Of a DNA stretch of 64,000 nucleotides, positions 17,913 through 28,168 are shown one piece after another (positions within the stretch are counted from its first letter, which is position 1; each line of letters begins with the position of its first letter). Under the pieces are notes generated by a model that did not search any database, was not told the DNA's origin, and saw only the letters and a program-made list of their open reading frames with translations. A program made the translations under genes and the position numbers. Source of the DNA: an uncultured Actinomycetes bacterium (GTDB taxonomy: Bacteria > Actinomycetota > Thermoleophilia > UBA2241); assembly GCA_963767005.1 (NCBI GenBank), contig CAVYCN010000002.1, forward strand, positions 192,001 through 256,000, in the 5' to 3' direction.

Positions 17913-20151
17913 CGCGCCCCGCACGAGCGACGGCGCCGGCAAGGCCGACGCCGCCCTGCAGCCCAACGAGAAGCTCGACGTGCCGGCCCTGCTCGAGGGC
18001 ATCGAGCACTACCGGCCGCGGCGCCGCGGCTGGCACTGGCGCGAGCAGGTGCCCGACCAGCACCTGGGCCCGTTCACCTACAAGGAGACCTCGAAGGGCC
18101 TCGAGCAGAGCGTGCCGCTGCCGGCGGCGCACTATTTCGGCGACATCGACCCGCAGCCCGACTGCGTGATCACGACCGAGATCGCCAGCGGCCGCTTCGA
18201 GGACGACATCCGCCGCATGCGCATGGCCGCCTGGCACGGCGCCGACCACATGATGGTGATCCGCACCGCCGGCCAGAGCCACATGGACGGCCTGCTCGAG
18301 GGCACGCCCGAGGGCGTCGGCGGCATCGCCGTCACCCGCAAGCAGGTGCGCGCCACGCGCCGCGCGCTCGACCTGATCGAGGATGAGGTCGGCCGGTTGA
18401 TCAACTTCCACTCCTACGTGAGCGGCGTGGCCGGACCCGAGATCGCCGTGATGTTCGCCGAGGAGGGCGTGAACGGCGCCCACCAGGACCCGCAGTACAA
18501 CGTCCTGTACCGCAACATCAACATGTACCGCAGCTTCGTCGACGCCGCCGTGGCCAAGCACGTCATGGCGAGCGTGCGCATGGCCCAGATCGACGGCGCC
18601 CACAACGCCAACGCCACGGCGCGCGAGGCCTGGAAGGTCATGCCGGAGCTGCTCGTGCAGCACGCCATCAACTGCGCCTACTCGGTCGCGGCCGGTATGC
18701 CCAAAGAGGACATCTGCCTGTCGACCGTGCCGCCCGACGCGCCGCCGGCGCCCTGCATGCGCATGGACCTGCCCTACGCGGTCGCCCTGCGCGACCTGTT
18801 CGGCGAGTACAGGATGCGGGCCCAGCAGAACACGCGCTACATGGAGTCGTGCGGTCGCGAGGCCACCGTCTCGCACGTCATGAACCTCATGATCAGCCGC
18901 CTGACGAGCGCCGACATCCAGAGCACGATCACCCCCGACGAGGGTCGTAACGTGCCCTGGCACTACAACAACGTGCACGCCGTGAACACCGCCCGGCAGT
19001 CGCTCGTGGGCATGGACGGCCTGCGCGAGTTCGTCAAGCTCGACCTCGACAACCCCGAGTTCCACGACAAGGTGCGTGAGTTGAAGGAGCGCGCCGTGCT
19101 GTTCCTCGAGGGCATGGTGCGCGACGGCGGCTACTTCGCCGCGGTCGAGCAGGGCTACTTCGTCGACTCGGGGCAGTACCCCGAGACCAACGACGACGCC
19201 ATCGTGCGCTACGCTGACGGCGGCGTGGCGGCCGGCTCGATCGTCGAGCGCGCCGCCGACTACCTGGCGCCGGTCTGCCACCACTTCGGCGACAACCACC
19301 TGCCGGCCGGCCTGGCCAAGCCCTGCGAGCCGATCGGCGGCTGCACGCTGTGCGACCCGGCCAAGGTGCCGTTCGTCGACGAGCTCGACCCCGAGGACAA
19401 CGTCAACGTGCGCCTGCAGCGCACGGCCGACCTGCGCACCAAGGGCCTGATCAAGCCCGAGGTCGAGTGGGCCGGCGACGGCATCGTGGTCGTCACGCTC
19501 TTTCTGCCGGCGAGCGAGCGGACGGCCGAGTTCGCCGCCCTCGAGCTCGCCCGGGCGATGAACCTGCAGGACCCCGAGGTCATCCACAAGCAGGTCATGC
19601 ACCCGGCCGAGGGCACGCTGCTCGAGGTCAAGGGCAGGCTCGACGTTACGGTCGACCCGGCCACTCTGGTGATCCCGCCGGAGCCCGACATGCTGTCCGA
19701 CGACGAGATCCGCGCCTACGTGAAGGCACGCGGCCTGAAGGTCGTGGGCGCAACGGTCGGCGAGGACGAGCACTCGGTCGGCATGCGCGAGATCCTCGAC
19801 ATCAAGCACGGCGGCCTCGAGGGCTTCGGCGTGGCCTGCGAGTACCTTGGCACCTCGGTGCCGGTCGAGAAGGTGCTCGACGCCGCGATCGAGCACGCCG
19901 CCGACGCCGTGCTGATCTCGACCATCATCACCCACGGCGAGGTGCACCGCCTGAACATGCAGAAGCTGGCCGACCTCGCCACCGAGAAGGGCGTGCGCGA
20001 CAAGCTGCTGCTGATCGCCGGCGGCACGCAGGTGACGCCCGAGCTCTCGCGCGAGTGGGGCATGGATGCCGGCTTCGGGCGCGGCACCAAGGGCATCGAC
20101 GTCGCCTCGTTCATCGTGGAGACGCTGAAGGAGCGGGAACGCTCCGCCTGA
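17905..20151 (+). CDS. oraE: D-ornithine 4,5-aminomutase E subunit (AdoCbl/PLP)
   Basis: EIASGRFEDDIRRMRMAAWHGADH; B12 motif DEHSVG; PLP lysine in DIKHGG. Confidence 0.93.
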   Translation: MPDAPRTSDGAGKADAALQPNEKLDVPALLEGIEHYRPRRRGWHWREQVPDQHLGPFTYKETSKGLEQSVPLPAAHYFGDIDPQPDCVITTEIASGRFEDDIRRMRMAAWHGADHMMVIRTAGQSHMDGLLEGTPEGVGGIAVTRKQVRATRRALDLIEDEVGRLINFHSYVSGVAGPEIAVMFAEEGVNGAHQDPQYNVLYRNINMYRSFVDAAVAKHVMASVRMAQIDGAHNANATAREAWKVMPELLVQHAINCAYSVAAGMPKEDICLSTVPPDAPPAPCMRMDLPYAVALRDLFGEYRMRAQQNTRYMESCGREATVSHVMNLMISRLTSADIQSTITPDEGRNVPWHYNNVHAVNTARQSLVGMDGLREFVKLDLDNPEFHDKVRELKERAVLFLEGMVRDGGYFAAVEQGYFVDSGQYPETNDDAIVRYADGGVAAGSIVERAADYLAPVCHHFGDNHLPAGLAKPCEPIGGCTLCDPAKVPFVDELDPEDNVNVRLQRTADLRTKGLIKPEVEWAGDGIVVVTLFLPASERTAEFAALELARAMNLQDPEVIHKQVMHPAEGTLLEVKGRLDVTVDPATLVIPPEPDMLSDDEIRAYVKARGLKVVGATVGEDEHSVGMREILDIKHGGLEGFGVACEYLGTSVPVEKVLDAAIEHAADAVLISTIITHGEVHRLNMQKLADLATEKGVRDKLLLIAGGTQVTPELSREWGMDAGFGRGTKGIDVASFIVETLKERERSA

Positions 20152-20166
20152 GCGGCACGCGCGTGA

Positions 20167-20262
20167 GGGGCGGGGCGGGCGGCGCAGCCGCCCGCCCCGC
20201 CCCGAACGCCTTCGCAGCCGGTGCGCCGCTGTCCGCCTTCGCAGCCGGTGCGCCGCCGTTCG
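20167..20262 (+). repeat. GC hairpin followed by a 28-bp-period tandem duplication
   Basis: ggggcggggcgggcggc..gccgcccgccccgcccc, then cgccttcgcagccggtgcgccgc twice. Confidence 0.55.
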
Positions 20263-20296
20263 CCGCGGCGCCCGGTCACCACGGTTCGGGGCCGCG

Positions 20297-21646
20297 GTGA
20301 GCGAGCCGCGGCGCATCGATGTCGTCGTGGCCGAGATCGGCTCGACCACGACCGTGGTCTCGGCCTTCGACGGCCTCTCCGGCTGGCCGGCGAGCACGCC
20401 GCGCCTGCTCGGCCAGGGCGTGGCGTCGACGTCGGTCGAGGCGGGCGACGTCACGGTCGGCCTGCGCGCGGCACGCGCCGCGCTCGAGGCCGGTACCGGC
20501 CCGCTCGAGCCCGGCCTCACGCTCGCTACCAGCTCGGCGGCCGGGGGCTTGCGCATGACCGTGCACGGCCTGACACAGCGCATGACGGCGATGGCGGCCC
20601 GCGAGGCGGCTCTGGGCGCCGGCGCCGTCGTCACCTACCAGACGGCCGGCCGCCTGCGCGACCACGACCTGCGCGCGATCGGGCAGGCCCAGCCGAGCCT
20701 GGTCATGCTGGCCGGCGGGGTCGAAGGCGGCGACAGCGACACGGTACTCTTCAACGCCGGGCGTCTGCGCGAGCTGCCGCTGCGGCCGATCGTGGTCTAC
20801 GGCGGCAACTCGGCGGTCGCCGACGACGCCCGCGACCTGCTCGAGCGCGACGGCTTTCGCGTGCGCGTCACGAACAACGTCTACCCGGCCGTCGACGAGC
20901 TCGACATCGTGCCGGCCCGCACCGTCATCCACGACGCCTTCGAGGAGCACATCGTCCACGCGCCGGGGATGGTGCGCATCGGCGAGATCGTGAACGGCCG
21001 TATCCTGCCGACGCCGGGGGCGGTGCTCCTCGCCGCCGAGCGCCTCGCCGACGACCTCGGCGATCTCGTCGTGGTCGACGTGGGCGGCGCCACCACCGAC
21101 GTGCACTCGGTGACCGACGGCAGTCCCGAGATCGGCGCCATCCAGATCGAACCCCAGCCGCACAGCCGGCGCACCGTCGAGGGCGACCTCGGCACGTTCG
21201 TGAGCGCCGAGCACGTGGCGGCCATGATGCCGGCCGTCGAGCGGCCGACGGTCCTGCCGCCGGCCCTGCCGCGCAGCCCCGACGAGGTCGACGCGGCGCG
21301 CGCCCTGGCCGCCTTCTGCACCGTGGCCGGCGTGCAGCGGCACGCCGGCCGCCTCACGCATCTCTACACGCCGACCGGCCGCCAGACGGTCGCGCGCGGC
21401 CGCGACCTGACCGCCTGCCGGCTGCTCGTCGGCACGGGCGGCGCCCTGACACGGCTGCCGGGCGGCGGCGACATGCTCGCCGCCGCGCGCGCCCCTGAGA
21501 GCGGCGCCGGCGAGCGCCTGCTGCCGCCGGCCGACGCCACGTGCGTGCTCGACGCCGACTATGTGCTGGCGGACTGTGGTGCCCTGCTCGCGCACTTCGA
21601 CGGCGTCGCCGTGGTCGCCCTCATGCGGGCCAGCCTCGGCGTCTGA
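20297..21646 (+). CDS. GlmL/MutL-like reactivating factor for ornithine aminomutase
   Basis: AEIGSTTT, ATSSAAGGLRM, PTPGAV, DVGGATTDVHS, RTVEGDLG; follows oraE. Confidence 0.85.
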   Translation: MSEPRRIDVVVAEIGSTTTVVSAFDGLSGWPASTPRLLGQGVASTSVEAGDVTVGLRAARAALEAGTGPLEPGLTLATSSAAGGLRMTVHGLTQRMTAMAAREAALGAGAVVTYQTAGRLRDHDLRAIGQAQPSLVMLAGGVEGGDSDTVLFNAGRLRELPLRPIVVYGGNSAVADDARDLLERDGFRVRVTNNVYPAVDELDIVPARTVIHDAFEEHIVHAPGMVRIGEIVNGRILPTPGAVLLAAERLADDLGDLVVVDVGGATTDVHSVTDGSPEIGAIQIEPQPHSRRTVEGDLGTFVSAEHVAAMMPAVERPTVLPPALPRSPDEVDAARALAAFCTVAGVQRHAGRLTHLYTPTGRQTVARGRDLTACRLLVGTGGALTRLPGGGDMLAAARAPESGAGERLLPPADATCVLDADYVLADCGALLAHFDGVAVVALMRASLGV

Positions 21647-21656
21647 CCGACGCCGT

Positions 21657-22400
21657 TCAGGCGTTGAGCGTGATCGCCGAGGCGGGGCAGACCTGCACGC
21701 AGCGCCGGCAGAGGATGCAGCTCTCGGGCGACTGCGCGGTCGCGCGGCCGGCGCTGTTCCAGGCGAAGACCGACCTGGGACAGACCTGGATGCAGTGGCC
21801 GCAGGCGATGCAGCTCGACGAATCGACGACCACGCGCGGAGTGGTCGTGCCGGTGGCGCCGCTCGAGCTCGCCGCGCCGGCGCTCGCGCCGCTCGACGAC
21901 GAGCCCGCCGTGCTTCCTGCGCCGCCCTGACCGGTCGAGACACCGGCGGCGGTCGTCTGGTCCGTGTCGACGGCCCCCGCGATGCGCGAGAGGGCGACGC
22001 CACCAACGAGCGCGGCGCCGAAGCCGGCCGCACCGACGAGGAAGCCGCGCCGGGTGAGATGCCCGCGGGGCTGCGCGCGCCGCTCGGGCGCGCGCTCGGG
22101 CGTGCGCTCCGTCGTGCGTTGCGGGCGCCGGTCGGGCAGCTCGCCGCGCGCCTCGGCGAGCCACCTGCTCGCCGTGTGGACGACCCAGCGCCAGTGCAGC
22201 ACGAGGTGCAGCGCGACGCCGGCGGCCGCGACGGCGCCGCTCCAGTCGTGCAGCCAGTGCCAGGCGTGGAACGAAAGGCCGACGAGCAGCGCCTGCTGCC
22301 ACGCCGGCGGCAGCAGGAAGACGACGCCGGTGACGGCGGTCACCAGGAACGCCCCGCCGACGACGGCGTCGATCACCAGGTTGAGCCGCGCTCGCTTCAT
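21657..22400 (-). CDS. DUF4405-like His-rich membrane domain fused to an internal Tat-like motif and a 2x[4Fe-4S] ferredoxin
   Basis: WLHDWSG..LHLVLHW; LTRRGFL followed by a hydrophobic helix; CIACGHCIQVCP and CILCRRCVQVCP. Confidence 0.75.
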   Translation of the reverse strand: MKRARLNLVIDAVVGGAFLVTAVTGVVFLLPPAWQQALLVGLSFHAWHWLHDWSGAVAAAGVALHLVLHWRWVVHTASRWLAEARGELPDRRPQRTTERTPERAPERRAQPRGHLTRRGFLVGAAGFGAALVGGVALSRIAGAVDTDQTTAAGVSTGQGGAGSTAGSSSSGASAGAASSSGATGTTTPRVVVDSSSCIACGHCIQVCPRSVFAWNSAGRATAQSPESCILCRRCVQVCPASAITLNA

Positions 22401-22769
22401 GCGCGGTCCCGTCGCGCGGCCGTGCGTCGTGCGAGCGGCTTGCGTCCCTCCATGAGCGTGCGTCCCTCCGTCGATGTGCGTCGCTGCGCTCGTTTCGCGC
22501 TCCGAGGATACCCGGCGGCCCTGGGACCTAGCCTGAGATGAGGCTGAGAATGTCCTGTGCGAGCGGCGCCGGGCCCTCGCCGCGCTCCTCCGTCGGGGGC
22601 CGGTGATAGGCTGGCCGCGACCATCGTGGGGAGGACCATCATGCCGCCGTTGAGCATCTCCGGAGCCGTGCCGATCGTCGTCGGTGCCGGCTCGCACTGG
22701 CGCCCGCCGCCGGGCCGCTGAGCGTCCCGCGGTGAGGGTCGCCCGCCGGTCGGGCATGCAGATGCCGAC

Positions 22770-25700
22770 ATGACCACTCCGTCCGTCCATCCCGCCCTTA
22801 CGGGCTTCACCCCGCAGGTGCGCGACTGGTTCGCGCGGGCCTTCGCCGAGCCGACGCCCGCGCAGGCCCTCGCCTGGCCGGCGATCGCCGGCGGGCGCCA
22901 CGCGCTCATCTCGGCGCCCACCGGCTCGGGCAAGACACTCGCCGCCTTTCTCTGGGCGCTCGACCGGCTCGTCGCCGACCCCTCGCCGGTCGCGCCCGCG
23001 CGGCGCAGCGTGCGTCTGGTCTACGTCTCGCCGCTCAAGGCGCTCGGCTACGACATCGAGCGCAACCTGCGCGTGCCGCTGCGCGGCATCGGCGTCGACG
23101 TGCGCGTCGCCGTGCGCACCGGCGACACGCCGCAGCGCGAGCGTCGCGAGATGCTGCGCACGCCGCCCGACGTGCTCATCACGACGCCTGAGTCACTGTT
23201 CCTCATGCTCACGAGCGGCGCCCAGACGCTCTTCGCCGGCACCGAGTGGGTGATCGTCGACGAGATCCACGCCGTGGCCCAGTCCAAGCGCGGCGCTCAC
23301 CTCGCCGTCACGCTCGAGCGTCTCGCCGCCGGGGCCGGTCGCGACGTGCAGCGCATCGGTCTGTCGGCCACCCAGCGGCCGCTCGACGAGGTCGCGCGGT
23401 TTCTGGTGGGGTCCGGGCGCGACTGCGCCGTGGTCGATGCCGGCTCCGCCAAGCCGCTCGACCTGCGCATCCACGTGCCTGTCGAGTCGATGGTCGAGCC
23501 CGACGCGCCGCTCGCGCTCGACAGCCTGCCGGGCGGCAGCGAGGCCACGCGACGCTCGATCTGGCCGGCGATCTACCCCGAGTTGCTCAAGCTCGTGCGG
23601 GCGCACCGCTCGACGCTCGTGTTCGTCAACGACCGGCGCGCCGCCGAGCGCATCGCCCTGCGCCTGAACGACCTCGCCGCCCGCGACGAGGGGGCAGACG
23701 GCGGGGGAGAGGGTGACGGTGTGGGTCCGGTCCCGCGCGAGATCGCCCGGGCGCACCACGGCTCGCTCGCCCGCGAGGAGCGCCAGACGATCGAGGACGA
23801 CCTCAAGGCGGGCCGCCTGCCGTGCCTGGTCGCCACCTCATCGCTCGAGCTCGGCATCGACATGGGAGCGATCGACCTGGTCGTGCAGGTCGAGTCGCCC
23901 AAGTCGGTCACGCGCGGCCTGCAGCGCATCGGCCGCGCCGGCCATGGCGTGGGCGAGGTCTCGCGCGGTCGCATCTTCCCCAAGTTTCGCGCCGATCTGC
24001 TCGAGTGCGCGGTCGTGGCCCGTCGCATGCGCGAGGGGTTGATCGAGCAGACCGTGGTGCCGCGCAACCCGCTTGACGTGCTCGCCCAGCAGGTGGTGGC
24101 GATCGCCGTGGCGGCCGGCGACGACGGCGTCGCGGTCGACGAGCTGCACGAGCTCGTGCGTCGCACCTGGACGTTCGCCGAGCTCGACCGCCGGCAGCTC
24201 GAGAACGTGCTCGACATGCTCGACGGACGCTACCCGTCGCGCGACTTCGGCGACCTGCGGGCGCGGATCGTGTGGGACCGTCTGGGCGGCACGATCCGCG
24301 CCCGCAGCGGCGCCCGCGCCCTGGTCGTGGCCAACGCCGGCACCATCCCTGACCGCGGCCTGTTCACGGTCAACCTGCCCGACGGGCGCCGGGTCGGCGA
24401 GCTCGACGAGGAGATGGTCTACGAGGCGCGCGTGGGGCAGACGTTCCTGCTCGGCGCCGCGTCGTGGCGCATCGAGGAGATCACCCGCGACCGCGTGGTC
24501 GTGAGCCCGGCGCCGGGCGTGCCCGGCGCCGTCCCCTTCTGGCACGGCGACTCGGTTGGCCGGCCGCGCGAGCTCGGCGCCGCGATCGGCGCCTTCTCCC
24601 GCTGGGCCGTCGAGCAGGACGAATCGACCCTCGAGCGCGAGTACGACCTGGACGAGCGCGCCGCCCGCAACCTGCTCGCCTACCTACGCGAGCAGCAGGA
24701 CGCGACCCGCGTCGTGCCCTCCGACCGCACGGTGGTCGTCGAGCGCTTTCGCGACGAGATCGGCGACTGGCGGTTGTGCGTGCTCACGCCCTTCGGCGGT
24801 CGGGTGCACGCTGCCTGGGCCCTCGCCCTGAGCGCCCGCCTGCGCCAGGCCGGCGGCCCCGCGGCCGACCCGATCTGGTCCGACGACGGCATCATCCTGC
24901 ACCTGCCCGACGCCGACGAGCCGCCCGGCAGCGACCTCGTCCTGCTCGAGCCCGAGGAGGTCGAGGACCTCGTCGTCGCCGAGCTCGGCGCGAGCGCCCT
25001 GTTCGGGGCGCGCTTCCGCGAGAACGCGGCGCGCTCGCTGCTGATCCCGCGGGCCTACCCCGGACGGCGCACGCCGCTCTGGCAGCAGCGCCTCAAGGCA
25101 CAGTCGCTGCTCGAGGTGGCGCGCCGCCACCCGCGCTTCCCCGTGATCCTCGAGACCTACCGCGAGTGCCTGCGCGACGTGCTCGACCTGCCCAGCCTGG
25201 TCGAGCTGCTGCGCGGCCTGTCGACGCGCGAGCTCGCGCTCGTCGAGGTCGAGACGGCGAGCGCCTCGCCGATGGCCACCTCGCTGCTCTTCGACTACGT
25301 CGCCGCCTACATGTACGAGGGCGACGCGCCCAGCGCCGAGCGCAAGGCCATCGCTCTCGCCCTCGACCGCGAGTTGCTGCGCGAGCTGCTCGGCCAAGAG
25401 GAGCTGCGCGAGCTGATCGACCCCGACGCCCTCGAGCAGGTCGAGGACGACCTGCAGCGCCGCAGCGAGCCGCTGCGCGCGGCCGACCCCGACCGCCTGC
25501 ACGATGTGCTGCGCCTGCTGGGCGACCTCACGGTCGCCGAGGCGGCGCAGCGCAGCCACGCCGCCGACGTCGCGGCCTGGCTCGCCGATCTCGCGGGGCA
25601 GCGCCGAGCGGTGCGGCTGCGGGTCGGCGGCGAGGAGCGCTGGATCGCCTCCGAAGACGCGGGCCTGTACCGCGACGCGCTCGGCGCTGTGCCGCCCGGC

Positions 25701-27227
25701 GGCCTGCCCGACGCCTTCCTGGCCGACGTTCCCGACGCCCTGGCCGAGCTGCTGCGGCGCTACGCCCGCACGCACGGGCCGTTCGAGAGCGGCGACGTGC
25801 GCCGCCGCCTGGGGATCGACGCCGAGACGGCGCTGGCCGGCCTCGAACGCCTTGGCGAGCTCGTGCGCGGCGAGCTGCGGCCGCTGGGCACTACGCGCGA
25901 GTGGTGCGACCCCGAGGTGCTGCGCCGCCTGCGGCGCGCCTCGCTCGCCGCGCTGCGCCGCGAGATCGCGCCCGTGGGCCGCGAGGCGCTGGCCCGCTTC
26001 GCGCCGCCCTGGCAGGGCGTCGACCGCGGCACGGCGGCCGGCGCCGGGGTCGAGCGCCTGCGCGACATCCTCGCGCCCCTGCAGGGCCTGCCGCTCGCCG
26101 CCGAGCTCTGGGAGCACGACGTGCTGCCCCGCCGTCTGGGCGGCGCCTACGCGCCGGCCTGGCTCGACGAGCTCTGCGCGAGCGGCGAGCTCGTCTGGGT
26201 CGGGGCCGGCGCGACGGGGCGCCGCAGCGGCCGCGTCGCGCTGTACTTCCGCGATGACGCTCCGCTGCTGGGTCCGCCGCCGGCACCGTCGGAGCGCCCC
26301 GCCGGCGAGCTCCACGAGCGCCTGCGCGCGCGTTTGCGCGCCGGCGCCTGCTTCTTCACCGATCTGCTCGTCGAGCACCCCGACGCCGGCGCCGACGAGC
26401 TGCGCGACGCGCTCTGGGACCTCGTCTGGGCGGGCGAGGCGACCAACGACGCCTTCGTGCCCCTGCGGCAGCGGCGGGTGGCCGCCGCCCGGCCTGGGGC
26501 GTCGCTTTCCGTCGGTCGCCGTCCCGGCGCCGGCCGGTTCCGGCGGCGGCCGCGCGCCGCCGCTGTGGTGCAGGGTCGCTGGTCGCTTACGGAGGCCGTC
26601 TTCGGCGCGCAGCGCGTCGAGCCCGGGGCGCGCGCCCGGGCCTGGGCCGAGCTGCTGCTCGAGCGCCATGGTGTCGTCACGCGCGAGCTGGTACGCGCCG
26701 AGGGCATCCCCGGCGGCTTCGCCGCGCTGTACCCCGAGCTCTCGGCGCTCGAGACGCTCGGCGCGGCACGGCGCGGCTACTTCGTCGAGGGGCTGGGCGG
26801 CGCCCAGTTCGCCCTGCCCGGCGCGGTCGAGCGTCTGCGCGCGCCCGACGCCGACGAGCCGCGTCCCTTCGTGCTGGCGGCGGCCGATCCGGCCCAGCCC
26901 TACGGCGCCGGGCTGGCGTGGCCGCCGGGCAGCCACGCGCCGGCGCGGCGCGCCGGCGCGTACGTGGTGCTGCTGGGCGGCCGCCCGATCGTCTCGGTCG
27001 AGACCGGCGGCCACTCGCTATGGCTGCACGACGCCGCGGCGGCCGCCGATGTCGAGCGCGCGCTCGAAGCCCTGGCCGTCGCGGTGCGCGACGGCCAGGT
27101 GCCGCGCCTCGCGCTCGAGCGCATCGACGGCGCGCCGGCCCTCGACGCGGCCCTGGTGGGCACGCTCGTCGGGCTCGGCTTCCGGCCCGGCCCGCGTCGC
27201 CTCACGCTGCGCCGCGGCGAGGGCTGA
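22770..27227 (+). CDS. lhr: Lhr family DEAH helicase (long form)
   Basis: APTGSGKT, SPLKAL, TTPESL, DEIH, SAT, HHGS, QRIGRAGH; 1485 aa. Confidence 0.92.
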   Translation: MTTPSVHPALTGFTPQVRDWFARAFAEPTPAQALAWPAIAGGRHALISAPTGSGKTLAAFLWALDRLVADPSPVAPARRSVRLVYVSPLKALGYDIERNLRVPLRGIGVDVRVAVRTGDTPQRERREMLRTPPDVLITTPESLFLMLTSGAQTLFAGTEWVIVDEIHAVAQSKRGAHLAVTLERLAAGAGRDVQRIGLSATQRPLDEVARFLVGSGRDCAVVDAGSAKPLDLRIHVPVESMVEPDAPLALDSLPGGSEATRRSIWPAIYPELLKLVRAHRSTLVFVNDRRAAERIALRLNDLAARDEGADGGGEGDGVGPVPREIARAHHGSLAREERQTIEDDLKAGRLPCLVATSSLELGIDMGAIDLVVQVESPKSVTRGLQRIGRAGHGVGEVSRGRIFPKFRADLLECAVVARRMREGLIEQTVVPRNPLDVLAQQVVAIAVAAGDDGVAVDELHELVRRTWTFAELDRRQLENVLDMLDGRYPSRDFGDLRARIVWDRLGGTIRARSGARALVVANAGTIPDRGLFTVNLPDGRRVGELDEEMVYEARVGQTFLLGAASWRIEEITRDRVVVSPAPGVPGAVPFWHGDSVGRPRELGAAIGAFSRWAVEQDESTLEREYDLDERAARNLLAYLREQQDATRVVPSDRTVVVERFRDEIGDWRLCVLTPFGGRVHAAWALALSARLRQAGGPAADPIWSDDGIILHLPDADEPPGSDLVLLEPEEVEDLVVAELGASALFGARFRENAARSLLIPRAYPGRRTPLWQQRLKAQSLLEVARRHPRFPVILETYRECLRDVLDLPSLVELLRGLSTRELALVEVETASASPMATSLLFDYVAAYMYEGDAPSAERKAIALALDRELLRELLGQEELRELIDPDALEQVEDDLQRRSEPLRAADPDRLHDVLRLLGDLTVAEAAQRSHAADVAAWLADLAGQRRAVRLRVGGEERWIASEDAGLYRDALGAVPPGGLPDAFLADVPDALAELLRRYARTHGPFESGDVRRRLGIDAETALAGLERLGELVRGELRPLGTTREWCDPEVLRRLRRASLAALRREIAPVGREALARFAPPWQGVDRGTAAGAGVERLRDILAPLQGLPLAAELWEHDVLPRRLGGAYAPAWLDELCASGELVWVGAGATGRRSGRVALYFRDDAPLLGPPPAPSERPAGELHERLRARLRAGACFFTDLLVEHPDAGADELRDALWDLVWAGEATNDAFVPLRQRRVAAARPGASLSVGRRPGAGRFRRRPRAAAVVQGRWSLTEAVFGAQRVEPGARARAWAELLLERHGVVTRELVRAEGIPGGFAALYPELSALETLGAARRGYFVEGLGGAQFALPGAVERLRAPDADEPRPFVLAAADPAQPYGAGLAWPPGSHAPARRAGAYVVLLGGRPIVSVETGGHSLWLHDAAAAADVERALEALAVAVRDGQVPRLALERIDGAPALDAALVGTLVGLGFRPGPRRLTLRRGEG

Positions 27228-27229
27228 CC

Positions 27230-28087
27230 GTGCCCGAAGGCGACACCATCCACCACGCCGCGCTCGTGGTCGGCGGCCTGCTCGACGGCCACGTGCCCGA
27301 TCGCCTGGTCACGCCGCATCCGCGCTTCGCCCTCGAACACTGGCCCGAGCGCCTCGCCGGCCGCGCCGTCGAGGCCGTCGAGGCGCGCGGCAAGCACCTG
27401 CTGCTGCGCTTCGAGGGCGGCCTGGTGATCCACTCGCACCTGCGCATGACCGGCGCCTGGCGGGTGCTGTCCCACGAGGTCGCCACGGCTGGCGCTGACG
27501 AGCGGGCCGACCCGGTCGCGCGGCGCGGCGCGGCGGCCGCCCGCGGCGCCGCGAAGCCGCGCGCCGCGGTGCCGCGCGGCGCCTGGCTCGTGATCGGTCG
27601 CGACGAGCACGACGCCGTGCAGCTCCGCGGACCGGTGCTCGAGCTGCTCACCGCGGCGCGCCTGCGCAGCGACCCGCGCCTGCGCGACCTCGGCCCCGAC
27701 CTCGTAGCGGCCGCGCCCTTCGACGAGACGCTCTTCCTGCGCCGCCTGCGCGCCGACGACCCCACTCGCGGCCTGGGCGACGCCCTGCTCGACCAGCACA
27801 TCGTGGCCGGCATCGGCAACTTCTGGAAGTCTGAGGGCTGCTTTCGCGCCGGCGTCGACCCCTGGCGACCGCTCGCCGCCGTGTCCGACGACGAGGCCCT
27901 GGCCGTAGTGCGCACGCTGCGACCGCTCATGCAGTGCTCGGCCGCCGACGGCCGCCAGGACCGCTTTCGCAGCGTCTACGGCCTGGTCGGCCGGCGCTGC
28001 CCGCGCTGCGGCAGGGCCGCGACCAAGGGTCGCGGACAGGGCGACGACGCCCGCACGACGTACTGGTGTCCCGACTGCCAGCATTGA
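27230..28087 (+). CDS. Fpg/Nei family DNA glycosylase
   Basis: N-terminal PEGD, GKHLL, HLRMTG, LLDQ..AGIGN; C-terminal CPRC/CPDC zinc finger. Confidence 0.9.
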   Translation: MPEGDTIHHAALVVGGLLDGHVPDRLVTPHPRFALEHWPERLAGRAVEAVEARGKHLLLRFEGGLVIHSHLRMTGAWRVLSHEVATAGADERADPVARRGAAAARGAAKPRAAVPRGAWLVIGRDEHDAVQLRGPVLELLTAARLRSDPRLRDLGPDLVAAAPFDETLFLRRLRADDPTRGLGDALLDQHIVAGIGNFWKSEGCFRAGVDPWRPLAAVSDDEALAVVRTLRPLMQCSAADGRQDRFRSVYGLVGRRCPRCGRAATKGRGQGDDARTTYWCPDCQH

Positions 28088-28168
28088 GGGGGAACGGCGC
28101 CGACTTGCACTCGCGTCGGGCATCATCATAAGCTCCTGTATCAGGAATATGCAGGGAGGGTCATAACG

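Noticed and set aside
17707-20634. Long antisense and alternate-frame ORFs (975 aa here; 1239 aa at 48347-52066; many others)
   Set aside because: Shadow ORFs of real genes in high-GC DNA, with no family motifs.
28100-28168. Possible ArgR boxes upstream of orr (TGTATCAGGAATATGCA) and ord (TGCATAGTCCATAGTCA)
   Set aside because: Half-site spacing does not fit the canonical ARG box; too weak to call.
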